Origin: Naegleria gruberi
Taxonomy: Eukaryota
Assembly: GCA_000004985.1 (NCBI GenBank)
Contig: GG738858.1
DNA: 64,000 bases
Reading direction: 5' to 3' (one strand)
This document shows positions 46,591 to 57,181 of this stretch, piece after piece (the stretch's first letter is position 1; the number at the start of each line of letters is the position of its first letter). A model generated the notes under the pieces. The model did no database searches, was not told the origin of the DNA, and saw nothing but the letters and a program-made list of their open reading frames with translations. Made by a program: the position numbers and the translations under genes.

Positions 46591-47772
46591 ATGTATAGAG
46601 CAGAGCCTTCTCAAAATCATCTCTGTACCCGTGCAGTCAGAGAGAGGAGTTATAAAAAGCATAGGGATGCTTTAGCAACAATTAAACCTTCTATTGATAA
46701 TTCTTCTCCGAAGTCCTTCCCTCACTTGAAATCCAATTTGAAGAAGAAGCAATTGGAAAAGGGTACGTAATTTTAATAATTTACAGTGAGCGTTATTAAC
46801 AAGCATTGTTCATTATTTACAGAGAGAGGTGATCAAATAGGTAAAGACAATAGAATTCTTGTAGATAAGATGACAGAAATAATGGGAAAACACTACCTAG
46901 ACAATAAGAATAATAATCTCAAGTTTGTCGGTAGTCTTAATTCCGATAAACGAAGGAGGGATCTTAAAAAGATTACAGAGGAAAACTCTGCAATCCTTAA
47001 AAGAATTCAAACCAAACAACCTGTATACAACCATTTGAAGTGGGAACAAGAATGGAACAAATCCAGAAAGTGGATGAACGATAAAACAACTGCACTTCAA
47101 CCAATCAATCAAGGAGCTTACTATCCAATAAATACATCTGTAAGGAGGTCAAAGTCATTTGATGAGGACGATTTTAGTGATGAGGAACCAGAAACAGTTG
47201 AAGTTTATGAAGGTAATAACCAACAATTTGAAGAAGATTTCAATCCAAACGAGGACTTTGTTGACCAACCAAATGAAGGAGAACAAAGTAATTTAGAGAA
47301 AGAACCTGAAGAAACCAATCCTGCAGAAACTGAAGATTCTCAAGAATACGAAGCTTCTTTGGCCACTTTTGATTATGCAGACGAATCAAAGGTGGACTTG
47401 AATGAAACTATCGAGGAAACAAAACAAGAATCAAAACAAGAAACTACCACCACTACAGAAACCACTACTACTACCACAACAACTACAACCACCACAACCG
47501 AGGAAGTTAAAACTGAACGAATCTCTGGAAAGTATAAGGAAAAGTCTGGAAAGATTTGGGCTGTCACATCTTCCACTGCTTCAACATTTGAGTTGTTAAA
47601 TGAACAGGACGGAAGAAAGGCTGATGGTAAATATACTAAGGATTCCTCAGGAAATTATTCCATCACTTTTACTTTCCATGACCCTAGTGGTGACTCTATT
47701 TTGAACTCTGTAACATCAAACCTTAAAACTATTCCACTCAGTAATGAAGACGCCTTCACAAAAGAAGAATAA
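46591..47772 (+). CDS. CFAP97 / KIAA1430-domain protein with a C-terminal poly-Thr tract. Exons 46591..46762 and 46823..47772.
   Basis: The spliced sequence …PSIDNSSPKSFPHLKSNLKKKQLEK|ERGDQIGKDNRILVDKMTEIM fits the CFAP97 domain pattern (KKxQxExERxxxIxRENxxLLxKM). It has a gtacgt donor and ttacag acceptor. T-rich repeat TTTTETTTTTTTTTTTT. Confidence 0.5.
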
Positions 47773-48189
47773 AGAGAAATTACAGTGGTTCCTATGTAAT
47801 GGTATCTATGGAAAGTTAATTTAATCAGGTCGTAGAACAGATTCTTAAATGCCTTATTTTACATCTGTTTTAAACCATCACAACCTGAAAAAAGATAATG
47901 TATTGGAGTGTATCCAACAAGTCCTAAACAGCCGTTATCGTGCTCAGTCAATTAGTCCACAACATTAGAAAGGTAATTTGTCTTGTTCTTTTTTTCTCAA
48001 GTCAATTACCATTTTCTTGGTGTTGAAAAATGATCAGTTGTGAGTCAATTTTTCCCTAATGATACCTAACCTTGTCCACATCATTCAATTTTTGCTGTGT
48101 TCCCACATAAAAGTGTGCTTAACATTTCTGTAATTTTGCCTTTTCGTTTGACAGCCACTAGAAAAAACGTAATCATAATATTAAAAAAT

Positions 48190-49698
48190 ATGTCACTTGC
48201 CAACCGAGAGAAAAGCAAAAGCTTTAATGTAGGTGACTACATGATAGTTTATGAAGAAGTGATGAAAAACAATCTCGCGAGGGAATGTTTCAGAGATTAT
48301 CTTCAAAATGTGGCATGTAGTGATGAGTCCATTCTTTTTCTAGACGAATACGAAAGATACAAACAGGAATATTCTCGTGTATTCGATATGATACTAAACC
48401 AACCTAATCTATCCGAAATTGACCATCACTGTGGAGAAATATACGATATGGCTGAAGGTTTAATGTACAAATTTATAAAACCAGAAAGTGAAAAGGAATT
48501 AAACGTAGGAAAACCCAAGATTGATTTATGGAAACGATGGAAAGATGAAATTTCATCATGTTCAATTCTAGAGTTTGAATCTTTTCACAAAGTTTTTCAT
48601 GATTTGGATCCAAATTTATTATTTCACGATATTGTAACAAGTGTCAACTTGGATTTACGAATTGATCAATTTCCAAGATTTTCACGATCTCCACAAATTT
48701 ACACTCTATTAGAAAAACAAGGAGAAACATTTACTAGAGCTATAGCTGTTGATATTTCACGAGGTTATCATGTGGATTTTAGATTTAAACCAAAAGATTT
48801 GGTAACTAATTTGATTTTTGATAGAGATTTGTATTTTGCATTTTCATTGATGGAAGATTCGCCTGATTGGCAAACTATTGAAAATAGCAAAAAGACACAA
48901 GCTCAATTTTACTATTCGAAAACACCCTATGTATTCGAAGATCAGAAACATAAGGGAATGCACATGTGTAAGGTGGTGTGTAATTTTGATTATCCCCTTG
49001 AAGATGTTTGGAAAGTTCTGAGACATGTCATTTCATTGGACGAACCTGGACGAACAGTTTCGAATATTAGACAACTAGGCTATATACCACCAAATTCTGA
49101 AAGAAAACCTCAAATGAATGTTGACGAATCAGCAGATCCATCAGAATACAATACACTAGGCCTCACCTTCTCAACATGTGAATTAGATTTCAAAGTTCCT
49201 GGCATGAAGAAGAGAGATATTCCACACACTCATACCACAATCTACGACCAAGCACTGCAGGGCTACGTGAACGTTGGACACACATCTTTCTTCAATGGAT
49301 ACGAAACACCAAAAGATTGTGTCCATGCAGATCTCTTCATTTTTTACTATGTCTGTAAGATTAGTCCATATCGTACTCGTTTCACACACATTGTATATTC
49401 TGATGGACATTTACCTGCAGCCATCAACAAGATTGTAACAATAACCATGTGGAAAAAGAGAGCTCTCTATTTTGAAAAGATATTTAACAAGATACTGAAA
49501 GATTTCACAGATAATGGATCAAGATTAATACGAGAGGGAGAATTGACTGATTGTTTTGGCCTTGATAAAAGTGCAAGAGATAATTTACAGGCATTCCCTA
49601 ATAGATCTTGGTATGAAGAGTATTTAAAGATGTTGCATACGAAAAATCCAAGTCCACGACTGAGTACCACATCCTCTTCAAAGTCATCAACTAAATAA
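48190..49698 (+). CDS. RGS (regulator of G-protein signalling) domain protein
   Basis: The N-terminal segment LARECFRDYLQNVACSDESILFLDEYERYKQEY matches the RGS-box core (F..FL..E.SEEN..FW…E.YK). ATG at 48190. The C-terminal 350 aa is unassigned. Confidence 0.5.
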   Translation: MSLANREKSKSFNVGDYMIVYEEVMKNNLARECFRDYLQNVACSDESILFLDEYERYKQEYSRVFDMILNQPNLSEIDHHCGEIYDMAEGLMYKFIKPESEKELNVGKPKIDLWKRWKDEISSCSILEFESFHKVFHDLDPNLLFHDIVTSVNLDLRIDQFPRFSRSPQIYTLLEKQGETFTRAIAVDISRGYHVDFRFKPKDLVTNLIFDRDLYFAFSLMEDSPDWQTIENSKKTQAQFYYSKTPYVFEDQKHKGMHMCKVVCNFDYPLEDVWKVLRHVISLDEPGRTVSNIRQLGYIPPNSERKPQMNVDESADPSEYNTLGLTFSTCELDFKVPGMKKRDIPHTHTTIYDQALQGYVNVGHTSFFNGYETPKDCVHADLFIFYYVCKISPYRTRFTHIVYSDGHLPAAINKIVTITMWKKRALYFEKIFNKILKDFTDNGSRLIREGELTDCFGLDKSARDNLQAFPNRSWYEEYLKMLHTKNPSPRLSTTSSSKSSTK

Positions 49699-50015
49699 TG
49701 TATTCGAAAGTTCATTATCACTGAAACGACGTATCTTTCACTTGCGAGAAAAAGGAAGTACTTTCTAACTGGAAATCAATTCCATCCAAAACTATTTCTT
49801 TAATACTTTACAATGTAATTTCATAGTAAACGAATATTTCACTCATGACACTGAACTGAACTGAACGACTAATAGTTACTCAATACTTTCTGATGCATTT
49901 TTACTTCACCAATTCAATGCATTGTTTCAAAGTTAGCAATATTCGCATATCCAATCGCAAACGCCTGTCAATGTCATCAGAGCAACATGCCAAAATTTAA
50001 TTGTCAACACAAAAA

Positions 50016-51972
50016 ATGTTCAAAACATTGCAATCAGGTAAGTCTCGACTGAATTGTTTATATTGATGATGTTTTAATTATTTATCATCATCATTAGCTC
50101 CCGAATCCGAATCAGCCTCTGACTCTTTGAATGACACAGTTTCACCCTATTCTGCTCCTTCCTATAGAATTACAATAACAGGTAAATAATAGTAATATTT
50201 AAATAGTATTTACAATAAATAGTTGTGGAGGGAAAAGGATTTACTGGTGATAGAGATGGTAAGTAATAGTAATAATAATATTTTTTTTTAATAATACTAT
50301 ATTTAATACTATTTACAATAATAATATTTAATACAATTTAATGTATGCGTCGAAAATGATGAATAATATTGCCAATAACACTAATAGCATTTTGTAAATT
50401 ATGTGTAAATTCACCTAATTGTTGTATTCAAAAAACTAAAAGTAGAAAAACAGCAACACCACAATGGAATCAAGAATTTACATTTGAACCACTGTTTCGT
50501 AATTCACCAATGATTATTACATTGTGGAATAATAACTTGTTGTCAAAATCAGAATTTCTTGGATGTGTCCGATTGATTCCAATGAGAATAATTAGAGAAG
50601 ATGTTCTATTTGATGATTGGTTTGAATTGGAACCACTCAATACTCCTAGATATAGAAATACACCAATTATTAAAGGAGGAAAAATTAGATTACAAATTAA
50701 ATGGGAAAGATTGATTCAAAAAATTGAAACAGCTCACTATGGATTTGATGAACCAATTGAAAATTCACGAATTATTAGAGATACATCTGGAAAGGGTATT
50801 CATTTGCGTTTTAAAAATTTAGATACTTCAGATATTGAAAGTGCAGAAGGTGTTAATGGAAGGAGTAGATCTGCATACTTTTCTGGTTTCAATTACTTGG
50901 AAAGTAGTTATAATCCAACTAGAAATTTAACAGAATTTACAATTAGTTTTTGGTTTAAATGTCCTTCAATAGAGAAGGATTTTTCCATGTTGAGTACAAT
51001 TACAAGTAACAAGACACTCATCTTACAAGAATATAACAATAATAATATTCATCAACTTTCAACAGAATCAGCTGCATCACATTTAGAGAAATTATACACA
51101 TCCAATGAATCATCAAGTCCAGTTATTACATTATCTGCTCAACCAATCACATCAAACACTCATTATTTACCATCTCCAAGAGGAGGAAATCCAAATCCAT
51201 TTTCATTGAGTGTTGGTGGTCTGAGTGATGAGAAGAAGATTAGGAGATTGAGCTTGAATTCATTAGCTGCTTTGAATACAAGCTTCAGTTTAAAGAGAGG
51301 ATCGTAAGTATTTAAATTATAATTTCCAATAATAACAATTTCAGTAATTCTAAACAAGCTAAAAAGGATTTAACTGATGAGAGTATAATTTCAAAGAGTG
51401 GTTTCAGTTTAGGTACCAAAAAGATTGAATTTTATGATTGTAGAGGTCAATCTCTTGTTACTGAATTTAAATTGAAACAAAAGTCAACTCCAAATATGAC
51501 TCCTTCACTTGTACCAGAATTACAAACTCCTACTAACTCTACTGCAGATCCAAGAGTTGACTATGAAGCAATTTTTGCTGATATTCTTTCATTAATTAGT
51601 GATAGTGAAGAGTGTTATCTGACTTCAGATGCCAGTCGAAGCAGTTTAAGTTTGAGAATATATGATGAACCAGAGGAAACAAGTGAAAGCTTCCCTCGAG
51701 AAGAACTCTTTGACAAGGATGCTTGGAATCATGTTGCCTACGTCTACTCTGGTGATAGATTAAGAGAGTACATCAATAATATCCTTGTAGAGGATCAAAA
51801 ATGTGATTTTAGAATTCTTGGTTGTGGTTTGAATAGACTCTATGTTGGTGCTTCAAATGATGAATATTGTTTTGAAGGTTTCAAAGGTTTTCTTGATGAA
51901 ATCTCAATTCACAACTATGCAATGAATAAGAGTGAAATTTCCAAATTGTACAAATTCAAAGATATACAATAA
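50016..51972 (+). CDS. C2 domain plus concanavalin-A-like/LamG-like jelly-roll domain protein. Exons 50016..50037, 50098..50181, 50223..50258, 50388..51303, 51345..51972.
   Basis: The spliced N-terminus is MFKTLQS|APESESASDSLNDTVSPYSAPSYRITIT|VVEGKGFTGDRD|AFCKLCVNSPNCCIQKTKSRKTATPQWNQEFTFE…DDWFELE, a C2 fold. The C-terminus is AYFSGFNYLE…LTEFTISFWFK…WNHVAYVYSG…LYVGASN…GFLDEISIHNYA (LamG/pentraxin-like). The ATG at 49987 is out of frame with the exon joins, so 50016 is the start used. Confidence 0.5.
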
Positions 51973-51973
51973 A

Positions 51974-53248
51974 TCATTTGGTCCTTTTTGTAATATTTGG
52001 CAATCTTTCTAATGAATGTACTATTGGAAATGCACTGCTTGTGTTTGTGCTTTCTTTTCTCCCAGTGAGAGGATGTACATTCCTCGATCGATTAGGATTT
52101 AAAACATATTCTTTCAGATCCTTAAAATCCTTAACATCCTTCAAATCTTTAACTGCTATACTATCTTTCACTTGACTATCTTTTAATTCTTTCTGATCCT
52201 TCTTCTCCTTTAAATTATATGAATTGAATACGCTCCTTTTTCCTTGAAGAGTATCTGTGGAACTAGCCTTCTTCCTATCCTTTTTAATGGTTGATAAGGT
52301 TTCAGTAGTTTCTGGTAATTGTCTCTTCAAGTTGGATATTTCTTGTTTGATTTCTCTGAGTTCTCTCGGAGTGACAACTCTAGCTCCATTATACAAATGC
52401 AAACTCTCAATTACCTTATCCTTTTCATCACTAACCCTTGTCAAGACTTCAATAAGGGAGTCCTTTCTTTGAAGCTCTTGTTCCAGTAGGGAAAGCTTCT
52501 CCTCGTAAGTTGTTCGGAGTGAGGTTATTTCATCTTGACGAGCCTCCTCTAGTCTCTTCATATTCTTTAGAAGGTGTTCTAAATTCCTCAGATAATTATA
52601 TTTATCATTCCTTGATATGTATGTTTGATTATTATCCTGTTGAAGAAGAAATAATTGTAAATTCCTAACGACTGTTTCCGACAAGGATGTTGTTGAGAGA
52701 GTCCTCAAATCACCTTGAATAGCCTCAATTGATTTTCTAATTTGTTGCAATTCCTCACCCTCTCCTCCTCTAGCATTCGTAATACTACTATGATTTATAT
52801 TATTATTATAATTTAATAGGGCAGATGATGATGGATCATAAACATGAATTGGTGAGAGAATATTAATATTAATCGGCGTTTCTGCTCTGTCCACTTCTTC
52901 AATGCCCGTTGTTTTTGGTGAATTATTCTGACTAGCTAGTGTTGTTTCTACTATATTTCCTTCATCCTTGTTGCTTGAATGATTCTCCTCTTCTACAATT
53001 TCCGTTGAAGTCATCCTATTCGTTTTTGCTGTTGTTGTTGTTGTTAAAATATAACGCTCGCTTATTGAATAATCGCTTAAACAGTCTTTGATGGCAGTTG
53101 AAAAGGCAGTTGAGTGGTGTTGTGCTTTTAAGGAAAATTGAAAGGTTTTGTTCGTTGGGATGTTCAACAAGAATTTTTCTCTGAGCTTTTCGAAAATATC
53201 AATGGCTTGTTGTTTTGAACTGCCATAGAACAACAAAAAAAATGTCAC
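51974..53248 (-). CDS. Hypothetical coiled-coil protein (start uncertain; the ORF track begins at GTG)
   Basis: Long heptad-rich segments (…LQRKDSLIEVLTRVSDEKDKVIESL…) and VKDLKDVKDFKDLKEY repeats. No in-frame ATG near the 5' end, so an upstream exon or an internal start is possible. Confidence 0.35.
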   Translation of the reverse strand: MTFFLLFYGSSKQQAIDIFEKLREKFLLNIPTNKTFQFSLKAQHHSTAFSTAIKDCLSDYSISERYILTTTTTAKTNRMTSTEIVEEENHSSNKDEGNIVETTLASQNNSPKTTGIEEVDRAETPININILSPIHVYDPSSSALLNYNNNINHSSITNARGGEGEELQQIRKSIEAIQGDLRTLSTTSLSETVVRNLQLFLLQQDNNQTYISRNDKYNYLRNLEHLLKNMKRLEEARQDEITSLRTTYEEKLSLLEQELQRKDSLIEVLTRVSDEKDKVIESLHLYNGARVVTPRELREIKQEISNLKRQLPETTETLSTIKKDRKKASSTDTLQGKRSVFNSYNLKEKKDQKELKDSQVKDSIAVKDLKDVKDFKDLKEYVLNPNRSRNVHPLTGRKESTNTSSAFPIVHSLERLPNITKRTK

Positions 53249-54467
53249 TAATTCTTGGGTTAAATGATGACATGTACAGAGTAATATTTAGTTTTTTAGA
53301 AATTGATTTCATTCAAGAATGCATGCGTCTTGTACATACATCATTTAATATTCTCATCATTGAAGATGAAACAATACAACAACAATATTTATTGAAGAAA
53401 GTTCACAAGATGAGCCAAGATCCCGACAAGACACAATCAAATGTTCACTATAGAACTCCACTATATAATAGGTACCAGATGGAGTCCTTCTATTCTCCCT
53501 ATTTTAGAGTGGAAAAAGATTATCACCAAGCATTTCAAAGATTAAAGAGAGAATTTCATAGGAAAATGGAGGAAACTGAGGAGCAGAGAAGAAGTTTGGC
53601 ATCAAATCGTTATTTAACAAAGAAGGATATTTATCATCACTATGAGGAGATTAAATCAACTGTTAATGAAACTCACTTTGAACTATTGAGGGAAAATATT
53701 AGCAAAGAGGATAATGATGGAAAGCCAGTTCTAAAGTTGGTATGTTTGAATATTCTAATTTGAAAGAGTTTTATAATTTCAAAAAGATAATTAATGGAGA
53801 TGGAGGAGCAGGGAAAACATCTCTGCTTCAATATTTGGGATATGGACAAATGTTTGAATATTTCACTGCCCTTGACGCTTGCATTTCTTACTCTATTAAA
53901 TCGAATAACTCTGAAAAACAAGAGGTTATTAGTAAGTTTGAAATAATTGACACTGCAGGTAAGTAGAGTGTAGGTAAACTCTAAAATTAAACAAAAATAG
54001 GGCAGGAAGAGTAAGTACTCTAATTATTGAGCTCTTGAGTTCGTTTTTCAACAAACAGCTATGACAGAGTGAGACCACTAATTTACCCCGATACTCATAT
54101 ATTTTGTCTTTGTTTTAGTATTGTAATGCTTAGTAGTTTTGAAAATATTCAGTATAAATGGATTCCAGAAATTAAGCATCACATGCCAGACACTCCAATA
54201 ATGTTAATGGGTTGTAAAATTGATTTAAGGAAAAATCCTCTATCCTTAAAACAAATGAAATTCAGAAATTTCTCCAAACCTATCAGTTTTGAAGAAGGAG
54301 AATTAATGGCTCGTTCTTCTGGATGCTGTACCTATGTTGAATCCTCTGCACTCACTGGAGAAGGAAACATGACTGACTTTGCAGAAATTGCTTTCAAAAC
54401 TCTGATTTATTATAGAAATAAATCATTGTTATTTCCTGGAAGAGAGAAGAAATGCGAATTGATGTAA
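53242..54467 (+). CDS. F-box-like domain fused to a Rho/Rac-family GTPase with a C-terminal CaaX box. Exons 53242..53739, 53787..53958, a 10-nt micro-exon 54001..54010, and 54059..54467.
   Basis: The F-box-like motif is LNDDMYRVIFSFLEIDFIQECMRLV. The GTPase reads KL|IINGDGGAGKTSLL (G1)…EIIDTAG|GQE|DYDRVRPLIYPDTHIFCLCFSIV. That is an exact Rac switch II, DTAGQEDYDRLRPLSYP, restored only when the micro-exon GGCAGGAAGA is included. LMGCKIDL (G4) and SSALT (G5). C-terminal CELM (CaaX, farnesyl-type). All donors are gtaagt/gtatgt and acceptors ag. Confidence 0.6.
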
Positions 54468-54949
54468 AGATCATTGACACCTTCTTTGTAAATTTTGTTT
54501 GTTTTTGTGTAACTTGTTAAATAAAACCTAATTATTTATTGGAAGCCTAATTAAACTTATGATAAAGCTGCAAACATTTTACCAAATGATACTCTTCACC
54601 CTAATTAAGCAATCCAATTCAAATGATTGAATATCTCTGCAACATTGCATAGAGAAATTATATTAGAATCAGTTAAAAAGCATGGATTTGCACTCCAATA
54701 TGTCTCTAGAATATTATAGAGAAATTGTGCTGGAAGCAGTTTCCGGAATTCATTTGCAATTATATTAGCCTCTGACGAATTACAAGTTGATCAAATGAAA
54801 TCAACATCACTTCCACTCGGACGAATCACACGTTTTCCCATAAGTACTGCTTTCAATGGATACTCATTCCTATGTGCTAGGTGAATTGAAACATTCCTCC
54901 ACAACCATGTGAATACTAAGGACATACCATTTACTCACTGATGGATAAC

Positions 54950-56536
54950 CTAGTTGTCAGAGTTATGTGCAACTTTTTTGAGATATTTCTCTAGTCGTTT
55001 GGTTTTCTTTTCAGTCATATTGTTCCCAAACAATGATAAATATTCCAGTTTTTTCATTCCTAACAAGTGTTGAATACAATCATCAGTCAGATCATTAGAT
55101 TGTAAGTCTAGATACTTCAAATTTGGCAACCCACTAATCCATTTGATTGCGTTATCGTCTAGACCACAGAAATTCATTTCTAGATAGGTCAAATTGATCA
55201 AATTCTTGTGCCAATATTTAAAACCTTCAACACTTTCAACTAGGTCAGTAAGTGACAAATGAAGACTGGTTAGTTGTTTCATTAAGCCAAGTTGTTTTAG
55301 CACTTCACTACAACAACCAACACATTCTGAAATATCCAATATAGTTAACCTTGGTAATTTTGAAATTGATTTTACCCCTTTAACAGATATTTGTCCACCA
55401 CTAATATTTAGATATGTCAACTCCTTTAAAGAGCTTATTGAGTCTAAAAAATCATCACAAATTTCATTTCCATCAATAAAAAGAGTTGTCAGTTTTGTAA
55501 GAGATGTCAAATATTTTGCTCCACTACTGGTGATTTCATGTTGAGAAATATTTAAATATGTAAGTTGTGTAAGGGAGGCAACTAGTTTAGCTGCCTCATC
55601 ACCAAGTGCATCAATAATTGAATGGTTGCCAATATCAAGTACTCTCAAATTCTTCATAGAGCTAATCCACTTAAGTCCTTCATTTCCAAAATCATTCTTT
55701 GATATATAAAGTTCTGTCAGGTTTATCATTTTAGTAAGGCTTTCGCAGGATTCACTTTCAATCCAAATTCTGTTAATATGGAGGGTTTGCAATGATTCCA
55801 TAGAAGAAATAGGCAGCAAACCTAATGGTCCTAAATCATTATTTCCAATATCTAAAAATGTTAATGATTTTAATCTACTAATAATGTCAGCATCTTCAAA
55901 AGTCAAATTACAGTTATTCACATCCAAACTTGTCAACTTTTTCAAAGAACTTAAATGTTCTACATCTTGGTTCTCCAAATGCACTGATGAAATATTTAAA
56001 CTTGTTAAATTTTCAATCATTCCAATATATTTCACACCATTAGCGCATTTAGTCTTACTAACATTCAATACAGTCAAATGTTTCAAAGATTTCAAACACT
56101 TGACACCTTCCCTGTAACAATTTTGTCCACTCAAATCTAATTCTCGTAAATTATAAAATCGTTTCTGAATAATTGTAAAAATCAAAAGATTATATTTTAA
56201 GTGCAAACATTCTACCCGATCAATATATTTCTGATGACTTTGAGAGAGTTTCTTCCATTCTCTCCTTTCACTAATCCGAAAATTAAATTTAATTCTCGTC
56301 ATAATAATGTCAAACCACTGTCGGCAAACTAGTATACAATTTGTTAGTACTTGAACTGAATCTAAATATGTGATCACCTCAAAAGTCATATCACTGGAGA
56401 GAAAATCAATATTATATTCTAGTTCTTCTTTTGAATCTGAAATGTATTGTTGATCAAGGAGCAATTTTAGATGGTTTTGGTTTTTGATTTTCTTAAGCTT
56501 GGAAATGATGGAATCAAAGGTGCGTTTTCGTTTCAT
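54950..56536 (-). CDS. F-box / ribonuclease-inhibitor-type LRR protein (ATG at 56536; the ORF track starts at an upstream TTG)
   Basis: The F-box-like motif is DMTFEVITYLDSVQVLTNCILVCRQWFDII. It is followed by more than 12 RI-like LRRs (LTSLDVNNCNLTFEDADIISRLKSLTFLDIGNNDLG…). Confidence 0.6.
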   Translation of the reverse strand: MKRKRTFDSIISKLKKIKNQNHLKLLLDQQYISDSKEELEYNIDFLSSDMTFEVITYLDSVQVLTNCILVCRQWFDIIMTRIKFNFRISERREWKKLSQSHQKYIDRVECLHLKYNLLIFTIIQKRFYNLRELDLSGQNCYREGVKCLKSLKHLTVLNVSKTKCANGVKYIGMIENLTSLNISSVHLENQDVEHLSSLKKLTSLDVNNCNLTFEDADIISRLKSLTFLDIGNNDLGPLGLLPISSMESLQTLHINRIWIESESCESLTKMINLTELYISKNDFGNEGLKWISSMKNLRVLDIGNHSIIDALGDEAAKLVASLTQLTYLNISQHEITSSGAKYLTSLTKLTTLFIDGNEICDDFLDSISSLKELTYLNISGGQISVKGVKSISKLPRLTILDISECVGCCSEVLKQLGLMKQLTSLHLSLTDLVESVEGFKYWHKNLINLTYLEMNFCGLDDNAIKWISGLPNLKYLDLQSNDLTDDCIQHLLGMKKLEYLSLFGNNMTEKKTKRLEKYLKKVAHNSDN

Positions 56537-56934
56537 TTTTTTTATTAAGATCAAAAAGATTAAGATGATCTTGAAATTTTTTGAGTAACTTTCTATTGAA
56601 TTGAGGATGCTATTCAAACTAATGACCAATCTCTTAAGTATTGAATTGATCTTGTCAGCTGTGGAAATTTTCTTGAAAATTCATCAAGTTTACAAAAGCT
56701 GTTAATACAATTTCTCTGTCGTTTCTCAATTCTTCATTAAATTCAAGTGCTAAAAATCCATCCCTTTCTGCAATTAGTTTTACAATTATTTTCACTTTCC
56801 AAAAATTCAACGGTATGTCATCTAAATCCTCATCTGAACAGAAAAGTGTTTAATTAAATAGGTATATATAAGCATCTTCTTTACAATTATTCGAATCAAA
56901 ACCCTGGACTCTATCTTCAAACATCAATATAAGA

Positions 56935-57173
56935 ATATGTACTTTTATATACGTCTCTTGGCGAATTGGTATTAGTAGTTACAGTCCCATTTTTTTGGCG
57001 GGTAATTTTTTGGGACAGATACTGAAAGCCCTCGCCTTAATTTTGTATTTTTCATGCTCATAATTATTTCTTTCGCGTCCAATCTGTGACATTCGTTCCA
57101 TACATGGACAAATGTATCAATATCTTGTTCCTGTTTGCATTTGAAAAACAGAGACGTATATAAAAGTACATAT
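56935..57173. mobile_element. Candidate MITE-like element or promoter palindrome. It has 23-bp perfect terminal inverted repeats (56935..56957 atatgtacttttatatacgtctc; 57151..57173 gagacgtatataaaagtacatat) flanking 193 bp.
   Basis: The exact reverse-complement match was read directly from the sequence. It lies in the divergent intergenic region between the F-box/LRR gene (ATG 56536, minus) and the cyclase gene (ATG 57182, plus). The right arm ends 9 bp before that ATG. Confidence 0.4.
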
Positions 57174-57181
57174 CAAAAAAA

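Noticed and set aside
49986-50015. Upstream ATG at 49987 as start of the C2/LamG gene
   Set aside because: It is out of frame (offset 29 nt) with the frame required by the three downstream, conservation-supported exon junctions. ATG 50016 is in frame.
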